Shown in pieces: positions 23,719-35,631 of a DNA stretch of 64,000 nt; position 1 is the stretch's first letter, and each line of letters starts with the position of its first letter. Source of the stretch: Cyanophora paradoxa CCMP329 (Eukaryota; Plantae; Glaucophyta); NCBI GenBank assembly GCA_004431415.1, contig QPMI01000535.1, forward strand, positions 186,001 to 250,000. Direction: 5' to 3'. The notes beneath the pieces were generated by a model. It ran no database searches. It saw only the letters and a program-made list of their open reading frames with translations, and was not told where the DNA came from. The translations under genes and the position numbers were made by a program.

Positions 23719-26700
23719 CTAGGCCACGGGCAGGAGGGCGGGGCCGATCCACGCGTGGTGGGCGGTCCAGCCGGCCAGCTCCGCCCCGCCGCCCTCCCCG
23801 GGATCCCCGCCCCCCGCGTCCCCCCCCTCCTCCAAGGCCGACGCCGCCGCCTGCACGCAGGCGCCTCAGCCGGCCTCGGGCCGATCTTTGTTGCCGGGGC
23901 GCGCACTGCGTCGGCCTCGTCGGACGGGAGCAGCGCCGCCGCCGGATCGGCGCGGTACGCGCTCACGCCCCCGCCCTCCTCCTCCAGCCCGAGCCCGGGC
24001 TCCTCCCCTTCCGCCGAGTCCGCCGGGCACGACTGGGCCTGCGTCGGGGGGCGTTCGGGTCGGGTCGGGATCCGAGGGGGGTACGGCGCACGTCGTGGTC
24101 GAGGCGGCCCTCCTGGAAGTTGATCCCGATGCTCTCCTTCGCGTACTTCATCTGGGGGAGGGGGGGTACGGCTTCAGCCTCGCGCCCCGGGGCGAGAGGC
24201 TGGCGAGGGGCCACCGCTCGCCCCTCGCCCCTCGCCTCTCTAGGGAGCTCCCAGTCCGTCACGGTCCCCGCGCCCTTAGCGCTCTCTCCTCGGCCGGGCG
24301 CACGATGCTCTTGATGGCGTCCCGGTCGAGCTTGAACTTGCCGAGCTTGTGCCCGCGGTGCAGTGCCAGCTGCCACGCCTTCAGGCCCCGGTCGTACGGC
24401 TTCACCTGCTTGGCGGCTCAGCCTCAGCGGCGCTGCCCGCCCGCCCGCCCGCCCGCTCGCTCGCCTTCACTTGCGCCTTGTAGTTCGTGGCGTGGATGCC
24501 CCTGCGCGCCGGCCGGTCGGGGAGGGTTTCCTCTGAAGTAAGAATGAAATATAAGCGGGGGGGCACTTGTAGGAGCCGTCCATGGTGAAGTGGCACGAGC
24601 TGAAGTCCTTCGCCGCGTTCTCCGGCTTGATGCGCCCCGCCCACACCTGCCCAGCCGTGGGGCGAGCTTCGTGAGCGCCGGCGCCCGAAGGCGTGGCGCG
24701 CCGGGGGTACGGCGTTGCGCACGAGGGCCTCGCAGATGGGCACGACGGTGGCCTTCAGACCGCACTTGACCAGGTAGTCCGGCAGCTTGACGTCCTGTAA
24801 AAGGGGGTACAGCATCAGGGAGACCGCCGGGAAGGGGGTACAGCATTAGAGGGGGGGCGAGGAGGGGAAATCGGACCATGCCGTTGTCATACATGACCTT
24901 CTGCTCAAAGGCGGCCTGCGCGGGGTACGGCGGCTCAGCTGGCGGGAACGAGTACCCCACCCCCCTGAAACGGTACCCGCAGGGCCTCTCCGCAGTAGGA
25001 TTTGGAGAGTCGCTCCTTCGGAGGCTCGAAAGTCATCAGATTGAAGCTCCTGGGAGGCGAAAAGAGGGGTACGCGTCCGTTCGGATAGGGCCGCGGAAAG
25101 ATTCGAGCTCGGCAGTTGGCGTACCCCGAGATGTGGACCTTCAGGGTCCACGGAAGGTCGAGCTTCCCCTCGTTGATCGTCCAGATGACGTCTGCAGAGA
25201 CGAGAGTGGGGGGGGGGAGGGGGGGGGACGGCGTTCGAGGCTATATTTAGATAGGGGAGGGGGGCGCCGCACCGGCGTGGCTGTAGGGGGGTAGGGTGAC
25301 CTCCTTCGCCAGCTTCAGCTCCGTGATGCTCTCCGTCGACTGCCGGCGCCCCTTCTCAGCGGCGCGGCGAGGACGGAGCTCCGGGAGGGGGGAGGGGGGG
25401 GACGGGCCCACCTGGTCCTTCGTGTCCGTGAGGTTGACCTGCGAGACGCGGGGGGGGGGGGAGGGGGTCGGCCGAGGGGGGCGCGGGGCCGGATGGGGGT
25501 ACTACTACGCACGATGGCCTTGGTCTTGTTCTCCACCTTGGTGTTGATGTCGATGGTGATGGGCGTGAAGGGAATCGGGATGGGGATCTGCGGGGGCGTG
25601 AGGGCCCCGGGGCTCGCAGCCCCCTCCCCTCCCCGGCCGGGCCCGGCTTGGCCCGCGCGCACCTTCACTTCGATGGCTGCGCTGACGGACGCGCCCGTCT
25701 TGAGGCTGCTCTCGAGGTGAGCGGGGCCGGCCGGCCGGCGCGGCGGGGGCGGGGGCGGGGGCGGGGGCGGGGGCGCACGTCTTGTCGGCAGTGAACGAGT
25801 CGATGTCGATCACCTGCGCGCCGGGGCGGGGCGGGCGGGGCGGGGCGGGGCGTCAAGCGGGAGACCGGCCGCCGCCGCCAGCCCGGCGCCCCGCCCCGCC
25901 CCGCCCCGCGCCTCCCCGCCCCCGGCGGGCTTGCCTTGACGGTGCGCTCGATGGTCTCGGTCTGCGCGATCGGACTGTCGTTGTCCGCGTCCGCTATGAT
26001 CACCTGCCCTGGCTTCTGGACTGCGCGGGAGGCGGGGGAGACGGGGGAGGGCGGAGGCGCGAAGTTAGCCGACTTCGCTGGCTGCGAGGGGCCCATGGAT
26101 GGGCCAGCGGGGGGCAGGGTGCGCACTCGGCGGCGTCACTTTCAGGTACTGCGGGGCGGCGGGGCGGGGCGGGGCGGGGTGCGCGGGGAAAGAAGAAGTC
26201 AGATATAGAAGCCGGCGGCGGGACGAAAAGGTCCGGCGGGGATTCGAACCTTGAACTCGTCGGTGAAGATCGTGAAGTCCGGGGAGAGGTGCAGGTCGTT
26301 GCCGTACAGCTGGCGCACGGCGTCAGGAAGGGGAGGTGGAGGGGAGCGGGGCGGGCGCGCGGGGCGCGGGGCGGGGCGCACGTGGCACTTCTTGGGCGTG
26401 GCGTTCTTTGCCGCCTTGTCCGGGTGGATGCGCTCCTTCCCCATGCAGAGCGCCTTCGTGTACCTTTGGGCGGGGGGCCGCGGTCAGTGCACGGGACGGG
26501 GGCCGGGCCGAGAAGCGGGGCGGGACGCTCGCCTCCTGACGATGTCGGGGATCGAGAGGATCTTCGGGTTGGTGCTTTGCTCGACTGCGGCGGAGGCGGC
26601 GTGGGCAGAGGCGGCGTTGGCAGAGGCGGCGCGGGCGGGCGGGGCGGGGCGGGGCGGGGCGGCGCACATTTGGACATGTCGGCCGTCCCGCCCAGAATCT

Positions 26701-27143
26701 CCTTCACTAAACGTTCGAGCTCCCTTTGAGAGAACTTCGGCCCTCCTGCGCATGCGCACGGTGCGTCAGGAGGCGGCCGGGCTAGCACTCGGGGCGGGTC
26801 GGGGCCGGGGCTTCGCGCACCGGCTCCGAACATCTCTTCCCCGGGCAGGTGCCTCGGCGGCGTCTCCGCCGTTTCTGTAATGTGAAGCTGCGCGCGCGCG
26901 GTGCGCGTCTCAGGGGCGCAGGCCGCGCGCTCGCTCACTCCGGGCGCACCTTGGGAGCACTCGGGGGCGGAGGGAGCGGCGCCGGCTTGGGCGGGGGCGG
27001 CGGGGGAGGCGGGGCCGGTCTGGGCGGGGCCGGCCGGTGCACAACCGCCGCAGGCTGCCGACAACGCGTCAGCGGACGCGCGCGGCGGCGAGTCGAGCCG
27101 CGGATCGCACCGGCGGCCGATGTCTGCTGCGCCCACCGCCCAT
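23719..27143 (-). CDS. Aerolysin/ETX-MTX2-like beta-pore-forming protein, paralog A (many short exons)
   Basis: Spliced product: MGGGRSRHRPP, Pro-rich segment, FSQRELERLVKEIL, YTKALC..KCHLYGNDL, ADADNDSPIAQTETIERTVK, Ser/Thr-rich strand, amphipathic ASVSAAIEVKIPIPIPFTPITIDINTKVE, KEVTLPPYSHADVIWTINEGKLDLPWTLKVHISG, KCGLKATVVPICEALV, DFSSCHFTMDGSYKGIHA and an acidic tail. The motif order matches the aerolysin-fold core. Confidence 0.65.
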
Positions 27144-27801
27144 CCTAGCCTGCCTTCCGCGGACTTCGGAGGAGAACGCAGGACCGCAACGCTTCCGCGG
27201 ACTCTGGCGTCACGGCGCTCGGACGGCCGGGGGCGCGGGCGCCAGCCGGCGACGTCGACGGGCCGGGCTGGGAGGAAGTCGTCAGCCCCGCTGACGCGGA
27301 CACGCCGGCAACGACAACGCGTCAGCCGGCGCCCGACGCTGGTGCAACAGTGGTGCTGCCGCAGGTCCGCTGGCGCGAGCCGGAACAATGTACCGGGCTT
27401 CCGGATGACCGCTGCCAAACGCTTGCTGGGGCTGTGTCTGGCAATGTTATGGAATCAGAGCTCGTTAGCTCGCCCTGTCCCCACAGACAGCGACCATCAC
27501 CTTTTTTTCACCGCCGGCACGGGTACATGAATTCGAAGTTCAACCACCTGACCAGGCCCGACTGGCCCAGCGGGGCGAAGCCGCAGGAGGCCCTGAGGGA
27601 ACACTAGTACTCATATTGATTGAAAGAAACCGCAGAATGTATCTACTAGGCTACGTGCTACGAAAAAGTCTGAACGGCGCCGCGCGCGCGCGCGCGACCG
27701 TCGACGGTCGGACCGGAGTCCCGGAGTCCGGGAGTCGGCTGCGCATGTTCTGCAACTTTGAGTCCTTCGGGCCAACGTGGCGACGTCTCTGGCGTCTGGC
27801 G

Positions 27802-30800
27802 CTAATGCAGAAGCCAGCCGGCGGCCCCCAGGTCGGCCCAGGCGTCGCCGCCGTCCGCGGCCGACGCCGTCGGCCCTCCCATCGAAATCGCGTGCGGGCC
27901 TTCCGACGCGACCGCCTCGGCCTCGCCGACCCCCGAGAAGACGTCGTGCGAGTCCGAGCCGGCGGAGTCGAGCTCCGCGTCCGCGGCGCAGGTGTAGGGA
28001 GTCACCGGGGCCTGGGAAATCGCCCCAGTCAGCGGGCGGGCGGCGGGCACGCACGCGCGCCCGGCGCCTCTAAACGGCACAGAGGGCAGCGGGGGCGGGG
28101 GTACCTCGGCCGCGATCGCGACTTCGTTCGCGGGGGCCTCGAGGCGGTCGAAGTACGAGTACCCATCCGCGTAGAGGGGGGCCTCGCGGGGCGCATGCAT
28201 CTCGCCGAAACTGTCGACGTACCCCCCGTGCCGGACCACGGCTCTCTGCGGGGCGCTCCTGCCGCTGCCGCTGGCGTCGCCGCTGCCGCTCCCGCCGCTG
28301 CTGTCATCGCCGCCTCCGTTGGAGTCGCCGCTGCCGCCGGCGTCGCCGCTGCCGCCGCTGTCGCCGCTGCCGCCGGCGTCGCCGCTGCCGCCGCTGTCGC
28401 CGCTGCCGCCGGCGTCGCCGCTGCCGCCGCTGTCGCCGCTGCTGCCGGCGTTGTCGCTGCTGCCCCCTCCGTCACCGCGCGCCCCGCCACTGCCGCCACC
28501 GCCGTCGTTCTTGCCGCCGTCGCTGCCATCGCCGCTGTCGTCAGCGCCGCCGGCGCTGTGGCTTTCGCCGCCACCACCGCCGCCGGACCCGCCGGCGTCC
28601 GACTCGTCGGACCCGCCGTCGTTGCCGCCGCCGCTGCGCGCCCGCCCGTCGCTGGTCTCAGGCCTCTGCTCCTCGCCGTCCTGCGAGGAACTACCGCCAC
28701 TGCCACCGCCGCCGCTGCTGTCGTCAGAGCCGGCGCCGCTGCCGCCGCCATCGCCGCCGCCGCCGCCACCGCTGTGGCCGGCGCCGCTGCTGCCGCCGTC
28801 GTTGTCGCCGCCGCCGCCGCTGCTGCTGCTGTCCTCGCCCTGGCGGTCGGACACGGAAGCCCCCGCGCCGTCCTCCGCGCCCGCCCCCCCGCGCCTGTGT
28901 GCTGCTGCGCGTCCTCGTCGCCGTCGCCGCCGTCGCCGCGGCCGCTGCGGTCGCCACTCCGGCCGCCGCTGGAGCTCGCCCGCCCCGGCCGCCCCGCCGG
29001 CGGCGCCGGCTCCTCCTCCTCAGTTGCCGCCTCCTGCGGGGCCTCCTCGGCCGCCTGCTGCTCGGCCCCCGCCGCCTCCGGCGCCGGCCCGGCCGCCTCC
29101 GGCACCTGCACCTCCGCCTGGGTCTGAGCCCCCGCCGCCTTCGCGCCCTCGGCCCCCGCCGCCTCCTGCCCCTGCTGCTGCTCCCGTCCCCCGTCCTCCG
29201 CCGCCGCCTGCCGCGCGGCCCCGCGTGAGCTCCTAGGGGGCCGCATGCTCGAGATCCGGCGGGGGGTACCTGCTCCTGGCCGGCCTCCTGCTGCTCCTGC
29301 TCCTGCGCCTGCGTTCGCTGCGGTCAGGACCGGCGCGGGCGGCGATCGAGGGCCGTAAAGAACAGGGGCGCCTGCGACTCGGCCTCCCCCTCCTCCTTCG
29401 GCGGGGCCGCCTCCGCCTCCTCCGCCTCCGGCGGGGCCGCCTGCTCCTCCTCCTGCATCGCAGAGGCCCCGGGTCAAAGAAGAAGATCGGGAGCCGAGCT
29501 GCGCGGGGAGGCCGGCGCGCCTGCGGCTGCTCCTCCTGCTCCTGCCCCTCCTCCTGCTGCGGCGCCTCCTCCTCCTCCGGGCGCTCGGTGGCCTCCTTCT
29601 CCTCCTCCGGAGGGCGCTGCGCGCGGGCGCCCCCCGACAGCTCCATCAGCCAATGCGGGCCCGCCGGGCCGGGCCGGGCCGGGGCGGGCCCCGCCGCACC
29701 TCCTCAACGCCGTCCTCCTTGAACGAGTCGACGAGGCCCTGAGCCTCCTGGAGTCCCTGCGGCCGGGCCGGGCGGGGCGGGGCGGGCCCGAGTTATAAAT
29801 AGCGCGCCCCTCGGGCAGGCGTCAGGCACGCCCCGGGCACCTTCATGACCTCCAGCCCGCCCGCCCCGACCTGCTCCGAGGAGGGCGCGGGTCAGGGGAG
29901 GACGGAATAGGGACGGCGGGGCGCAGGCGAGCGGGCCGCGCCGCGCTTGCCTTCGCGAGCTTGGAGCCGATGCCCTTGAGGCCCTTGCCGAGCTTGCCCA
30001 GCTTGCCCTTCAGCCCCTTCTTCCCCTGCACCGCCGCCCCGGCCTCAGTCCTCTGCCGACGAGATCGGATCGGGAGCTCTGCGACCGCGGACCTTGCTCT
30101 TGTCCTTCTTGCCACCCTTCTTCTTGCCTCCCTTGCTCTTATCCTTCTTTCCGCCCTTCTTCTTGCCGCCCTTGCTCTTGTCCTTCTTGCCACCCTTCTT
30201 CTTGTCGCCTGCGCGCCGGCGTGAGAACCCGCAGGGGAAGCCGAGTCGCGGGCGCCACGCCAACCCTTGTCGCCCTTCTTGCCGTCCTTGCCCTTGCCTT
30301 TCTTGCCTGCGGTCGCGATCCATGTAAGCGAGGGCGGACTAAGGCGCCCAGGGGCGGCCGCGCGGCGCGCCCCGCGCACCCTTGCCCTGGCCCTTGCCCT
30401 TCTTCCCGCCCTTGTCCTTCCCGGGCTTGGCGAGCTTCTTGTGCTTGTCCTTCTTCTTCTCCCTGTCCGGCTTGGTCTTCCTGTCCTTCTCCTTCTCCGA
30501 CGCAAGCTTCTTGTGCTTCTCCTTCTTCGGCTTCCGGCCGCGCTCCTTCTCCTTGCCCTTGTCCTTCTCCTTGCCCTTGTCCTTCGCCTTGTCTGCGGGG
30601 AGGAGGGGAGACGGCGGGTGAGCGCTCCTCCTCCTCCATCAGCTAGTTAGATAGTGATAAAACGGCGCGCCCTTCTTCTTCTCGGACTTCTTGCGCTCGC
30701 GCTCGGAGCGGCGGCGATCCCGGTCGATCGCCTTGTCGGGCTTCTTCTCCTTCCCCGGCTTGCCCGGCTTGCCGGGCTTCTTCTCCCGCCCGGGCTTCTT

Positions 30801-33800
30801 TTTGTCTGCGGCGGCCTCTTATTTTCAGTCCCGCGCTTTGATTTGCTCGAGGTCGGCCGGGCGTGGGGCGCGGCGCACCGCCCCTCTTCTCGCCCCCGCC
30901 GAGCTTCTTCTGCTTCTCCTTCTCCTTCTGGCCCTTCTTGCGGCCGCCGTCCTTGATTAAGCCGGACTGCGCGCCCGCCGCCGCGTAAGAGGGGCGGCCC
31001 GCACGAAGCTCGGCGAGGACCTCGCCTTGTGCTTGGTCGGCTTCCTGTCGCCGCGGCTGCCCCCCTTGCTGGAGCCGGGCTGCGGCCCCGGCGGGGACGC
31101 CGACAGGTCAGACGGGGCGCGAGGGGCCGGCCAGAGGGGAGGAGTCAGCCCCGGCCCACCTTGTTCTTGTGCGGCTTCGACGAGTCGTCGCCTGGAGGTA
31201 TTGGTGGGTGAGGGGGGAAGCACGAAGGCCAGGCGAGGCGGGGCGCACCCTTGCCGCCCTTGTACTTGCCGCCCTTATCCCTGCCGCCCTTGCCACCCTT
31301 GCCGCCCTTCGACAGGGCCTTGTCTGCGATAGTTGCGAAGGGGTGTCAGGGGATGATATCGACGCGGGCGCGGCTCGTGCGCGGCGGACCTTTCGACGGC
31401 TTCTTGCCCGGCTTGGAGCCGGGCTTGGGCTTCTTGTCCGGCTTGGACCCGGGCTTGGGCTTCTTGTCCGGCTTGGACCCGGGCTTGGGCTTCTTGCCCG
31501 GCTTGGACCCGGGCTTGGGCTTCTTGCCCGGCTTGGACCCGGGCTTGGGCTTCTTGTCCGGCTTTGCTCCAGGCTTCGTCCCCCCCTTCTTTCCGCCGCC
31601 TGCGCGCCGTCATGAGACTCCGTGGGGGGGAGCCGACTCGTGGGGCCGGGGCCGACCCTTATCCCCCTTCTTGCCGCCGCCCTTCTTGCCGCCGCCCTTC
31701 TTGCCGCCGCCCTTCTTGCCGCCGCCCTTCTTGCCTCCCTTCTTGCCTCCCTTCTTGCCGCCCTTTCCACCGAACGATCCCGCGTCGAAGCTGCGGACGA
31801 AGTTAGTTACGCTTGCGTACCGGGGAGGGGGAGGCCGGGGGAGGGGGAGGGGGGAGGAGGGGAGGGAGAGCGCACTCCATGGTACCCCCGGTCTTCGAGG
31901 AGCGACCCGCGAACAGCTTGCGGCCCCTGCGGCGCCGCTCAGCTCGGCCCAATGGAACTCGACGGCGGGTTCGGATCCCGGCGGGCGCACTTGTCGGCGG
32001 CCGACTCGCCGGCCTCCTTGTTGGGCCGGTTGGGATCGTCCTGCGCGGTGCAAGTGGGCCCGGGGCTCGGGGAGTTCGGCCGAGAGGAAGGAAGGGCTTC
32101 AGCGGGCTCTAGAGTCTCGAGAACCGCAAGGAGAGAAGGAAAAGGAGAGGCTAGAGGCTAGAGGCTTAGAGGCTAGAGGCTAGAGGAAAGAAGGACGTCG
32201 GTGGGCTTAAAGGCCGCGAACAGCCGGGGCCTGGCCAGTGGCGGGGCGGGGCGGGGCGGGGCGGGGCGGGGCGGGCGCGGGCGCACGGGCGCTTCGTCCT
32301 CGTCCTGCCCGGGCGAGCTCTCGTCCTTCGTCCTCGCCCGCGGCCCTGCGCGCGCCCCCGCCCGCCCGCCCCCTCAGAGCAGAGGCGACGCGCGCCGACG
32401 GCGGAATGGGGGGCACGCACGCACCGACGTGCTTGGGCTTGGGCTTCGGGAAGAGGCGCTCCGGCACGGGCGGCAGCGTCTGCTCGCCCCACTTGAACTG
32501 CGCGGGCCCAGGTTGGGTGGGTGGGTGGAGGGGCGGCGCGCGGCTTCTCGGTGCTGCTCTCGGAGCAGGGGCGCACGATCTGCTTGATTGCGTCCTCGTC
32601 GAGCTCGTAGTCGTCCACGTTGCGCCCCTGCGAAGGAGGGAAGGATCAGATCAGATTGATCAGATCAGATCTGATCTGATCCGAGGGACGGCGCGGCGCG
32701 CCTGGTAGAGGGCGAGCTGCCAGGAGGCGAGGCCCGGGAGCGGCTTCGTCTGCGAGCGAGCGAGCGAACGAAGAAGGCACTCCCCGTCAGCGAGAGGGAG
32801 GGAGGCCCTCCTCGACGGCTTGCTTCCCTCTGCGATCCAGATCTAGGTCCAGAGCGAGCGCAGCGCACGGAAACTTGGGACTTGGTGCCGGCGGCGGTCA
32901 GGCCCTTGTACTCGCCCTGCAGCGTGAACGAGCACTTCGAGAAGTCCCGCGACCACTCCTTCACCTTGCCGCCCCACGCCTGCCGCGCGGGTGGGCGGCC
33001 GGCCGGCACGGAGAGCCAAGCCAAGCTCAGCTGAGCGCACGAGGGCCTCGCAGACGGGTACGGAGCGCATGTGGAGTCCGCACTTCTCCACGTAGTTCGG
33101 CAGGCGGCCCACCGCCGTCCCGTCGCCCCCGTCGTCCTGCCCTCAGGTGAGACGGGGGGGTAGATGGTGGGGGGTAGGGGGGGGGTAGGGGGTTGGGCGC
33201 ACGCGGTAGAGGAGGCCCTGGTCGAAGTACGCCTTGATGATGCTGCCGCACCTGGGGGTACCGGCTCGGGAGGGGGGGGCGGAGGTGGAGAGGGGTACAG
33301 CGCACATGGATGTCTGGGCGCGGTCCGCCGGCGGCTCGAACGTGACGAAGTTGAAGTCGCTGGGGGCGGGAAGGGAGGGGGAGGGGGTGGGCGGGGGTAC
33401 GCGTCACTGAGGCGGCCGGTGCTAGGCGCGCGCAGAAGAGGCGGTACCCCTCGATGTCGATCTTGGCCTCGTAGGGGAGCTCGGTCGTGCCCTCCATTTG
33501 CGTCCAGACGACGTCAGCGTGCGAGAAGGGCGGCAGCTTCACCAGCTTGGACAGACTGCGCAGGCGGGAGGGGGGGTACGGTTGAGATCCTGAAGGGCGC
33601 AGGGAGAGGAGAGGGGGGCGCGCTCACGTCATCGTGGTGATCTTCTCGCTCTTGCCACCCTTGCCCTTCGATCCGGTGATCTGAGAGGCGGCGGTCGGTC
33701 GGAATCGGCGCGCGGGGGTACATGTGTCCGGGAGGGGGTACGCGCACGGTCGTCTTCGAATCGACGGTCGCTTCAGCGAACGGGACCTCCGCTATCACGG

Positions 33801-35230
33801 AGACGTTCGTGACGGATTCGACGCTGCGCAGGGGTACGCGGACGAGTCGGAGGCGGGAAGGGGTACGCGACGTGGCCGTGGGGCGCACCCGTTCTTGGAA
33901 TTGAACTCGTGCGACTCGCGTTGTGTGGCGCTCTGCCGCGGCCCCGCGCCTCCCCGTGAGCAACGCCGCGTTTCGCGTGCCCCCCTCCCCTCCCCCAAAC
34001 CCCGGCACCTTTGTGATGCGCTCCGTCTGCCACTCCGGGCTGTCGTTGTCCGCGTCGGCGTGGATCACCTGAGCGGGGGGCGGGGGGGTAAGCGATAGAT
34101 TCGATCTTCCGGGTGGGGGTACGCCGGCGCTGCTGCTAGGCGGCACCTGGCTCGGCTTCTTGACCGGCGGCGTGAGCTTCGTGTCTGCGCGGCGGGGCGG
34201 GTCGAACGTCAAGCGAGCGGGCCGCGCGGGGGAGGGGGAAGAGGAGGGAGGGGGCACGCGCATTTGAAGTTGCCGGCCTTGACCTTGAAGGTGGTCGACT
34301 TGGGGAGGTCGTTCCCGTAGACCTGCACGTACCCGGGCGCAGGTTCGGCGGCGCCCCGGGCCGGGCGAGGGCGAGGGCGGGGGTCCACTCCAGGCGCACC
34401 TTGCATGTCCCCTTCGCCGGCTTGTCGCCCTTCTTCGCCGGGTCGAAGCGCTCCGCCCCCTGGCACAGCGCCTTCGTGTAGCTGCGGGGTACGCGGTTCG
34501 CCCGCGGAGGGAAGGAAGGACGACGGAGGGGGGTACGCGGGCGGCGGGCGGACCGCCGGACTTCGTTGGGGATGACGAGGATCTTGGGGTTGTCCTTCGC
34601 GACCTCCACTGGGGGCGGGCGGGCGCGTCCGTGAGCGGCGCGGCGAGCCCGGGGGGGGAGGGATCGCGGGACGGGTACGCGCACCCTTCGTCGAGTCGAG
34701 GCCGCCCTGGAATAGGTCCTTAACGACCTCCCTCAGCTCGCGCTGCGAGAACTTGACGCCGCCTGCGAGCGCGGCGTAGCGCGGCGCGGCGTGAGCAGCG
34801 CGGCGAGTCCGGACGAGGGGCGACGCGAGGACGGGGCGCTGCGCGGCTCGGTCCCTTCCCGACTTCATCTATATGTCCGCCGCACCTGCCGTGAAGAGCT
34901 CCTTGGCAGGAGGGAATTCAGACGGCACGGAGGGGCCCACTGTGATGCCGACATCCTGCCGGCAAGCGCGCGCCGCGTCGTTCGGGGGCGAGCTGCTGAG
35001 CCGCTCTCAAGCGGGAGCGCCGCGGCTCACCTGCCGGTTCGGGGGCGGCGGGACGGGCGAGGGCGGCGGCGCCGCCGCCGGCACGTAGACCGGAGGCGGT
35101 GGCTGCAGGCGCGGGGCGCATATGCATAAGCCGGCCATCGGCAGCTGAGCACGGGAGCGCGGCGGCGGCGGCGGCGGGGGCGACGCACCCCGGGAGGAAG
35201 CGGCTTCGGCTTCGCGATCTTGGCGCCCAT
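27802..35230 (-). CDS. Aerolysin/ETX-MTX2-like protein, paralog B, with long Lys/Gly-rich, Glu-rich and Gly/Ser/Asp-repeat C-terminal tail (the tail may be a separate gene)
   Basis: ATG 35230 (MGAKIAKPKPLPP); FSQRELREVVKDLF; YTKALC..TCKVYGNDL; ADADNDSPEWQTE; VKLPPFSHADVVWTQMEGTTELPYEAKIDIEG; KCGLHMRSVPVCEALV; DFSKCSFTLQGEYKG (core about 32.4-34.8 kb). Spliceable exons continue through GGKKGG/KPKPGS repeats, an E-rich block and GGSGD repeats to the stop at 27802. Confidence 0.6.
28255..28460 (-). repeat. 18-bp coding tandem repeat encoding (GGSGD[A/S])n
   Basis: Repeated gtcgccgctgccgcc(ggc/gct) on the + strand. Confidence 0.85.
30090..30207 (-). repeat. 39-bp coding repeat encoding (KKKGGKKDKSKGG)x3
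   Basis: Three copies visible in the - strand translation DKKKGGKKDKSKGGKKKGGKKDKSKGGKKKGGKKDKSK. Confidence 0.8.
31398..31562 (-). repeat. 30-bp coding tandem repeat encoding (KPKPGSKP[G/D]K), about 5.5 copies
   Basis: Repeated ggcttcttg(c/t)ccggcttggacccgggcttg on the + strand. Confidence 0.9.
31662..31766 (-). repeat. 12/15-bp coding repeats encoding GGKK / GGGKK
   Basis: cccttcttgccgccg x4 and cccttcttgcct x2-3. Confidence 0.85.
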
Positions 35231-35631
35231 CCTCGATGCGTCCAGGCACACTCGAGCGGCCGACGCCTCCCACTGCTCCTGCCTGGCGGCTCGGTCGGGG
35301 CTCTTGGGCGGCTATCGCTCGGGCATCGCCGGCCTATAAATTCAGCTCCGCGCCGACATGCTCGCTCTCCGGCAACGGAGCCGCTCCGCCGGGAAGTGTC
35401 CGGGTGGCGACAGTCGGCCGACCCCGCACGAGCGGGCAGGCGAGCTGCTGATGACCGGAAGCACCCCGATGGCTTCGACTGTGCCAAAAGAGCTGGCGCC
35501 GAGCCGCAACGCTCCAAGCCAGCGCCTTTTTTTCGACTTTCACCACCGAGTCGGGTACAGGGTTTGTTTGGAGAAGCAGTACCAGCGAAGCGCAGCGGCA
35601 TTCGAAAGCGAGCCCCGCAACTCGCTGCAAA
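35231..35631. promoter_or_regulatory. Putative bidirectional promoter between pore-forming paralogs B (-) and C (+)
   Basis: About 400 bp between divergent ATGs at 35230 and 35632; TATAAA at 35335-35340. Confidence 0.5.

Noticed and set aside
31398-31766. CRISPR-like regular repeats
   Set aside because: There are no unique spacers, unit lengths are multiples of 3 and encode Lys/Gly peptides, and the context is eukaryotic with no cas genes.
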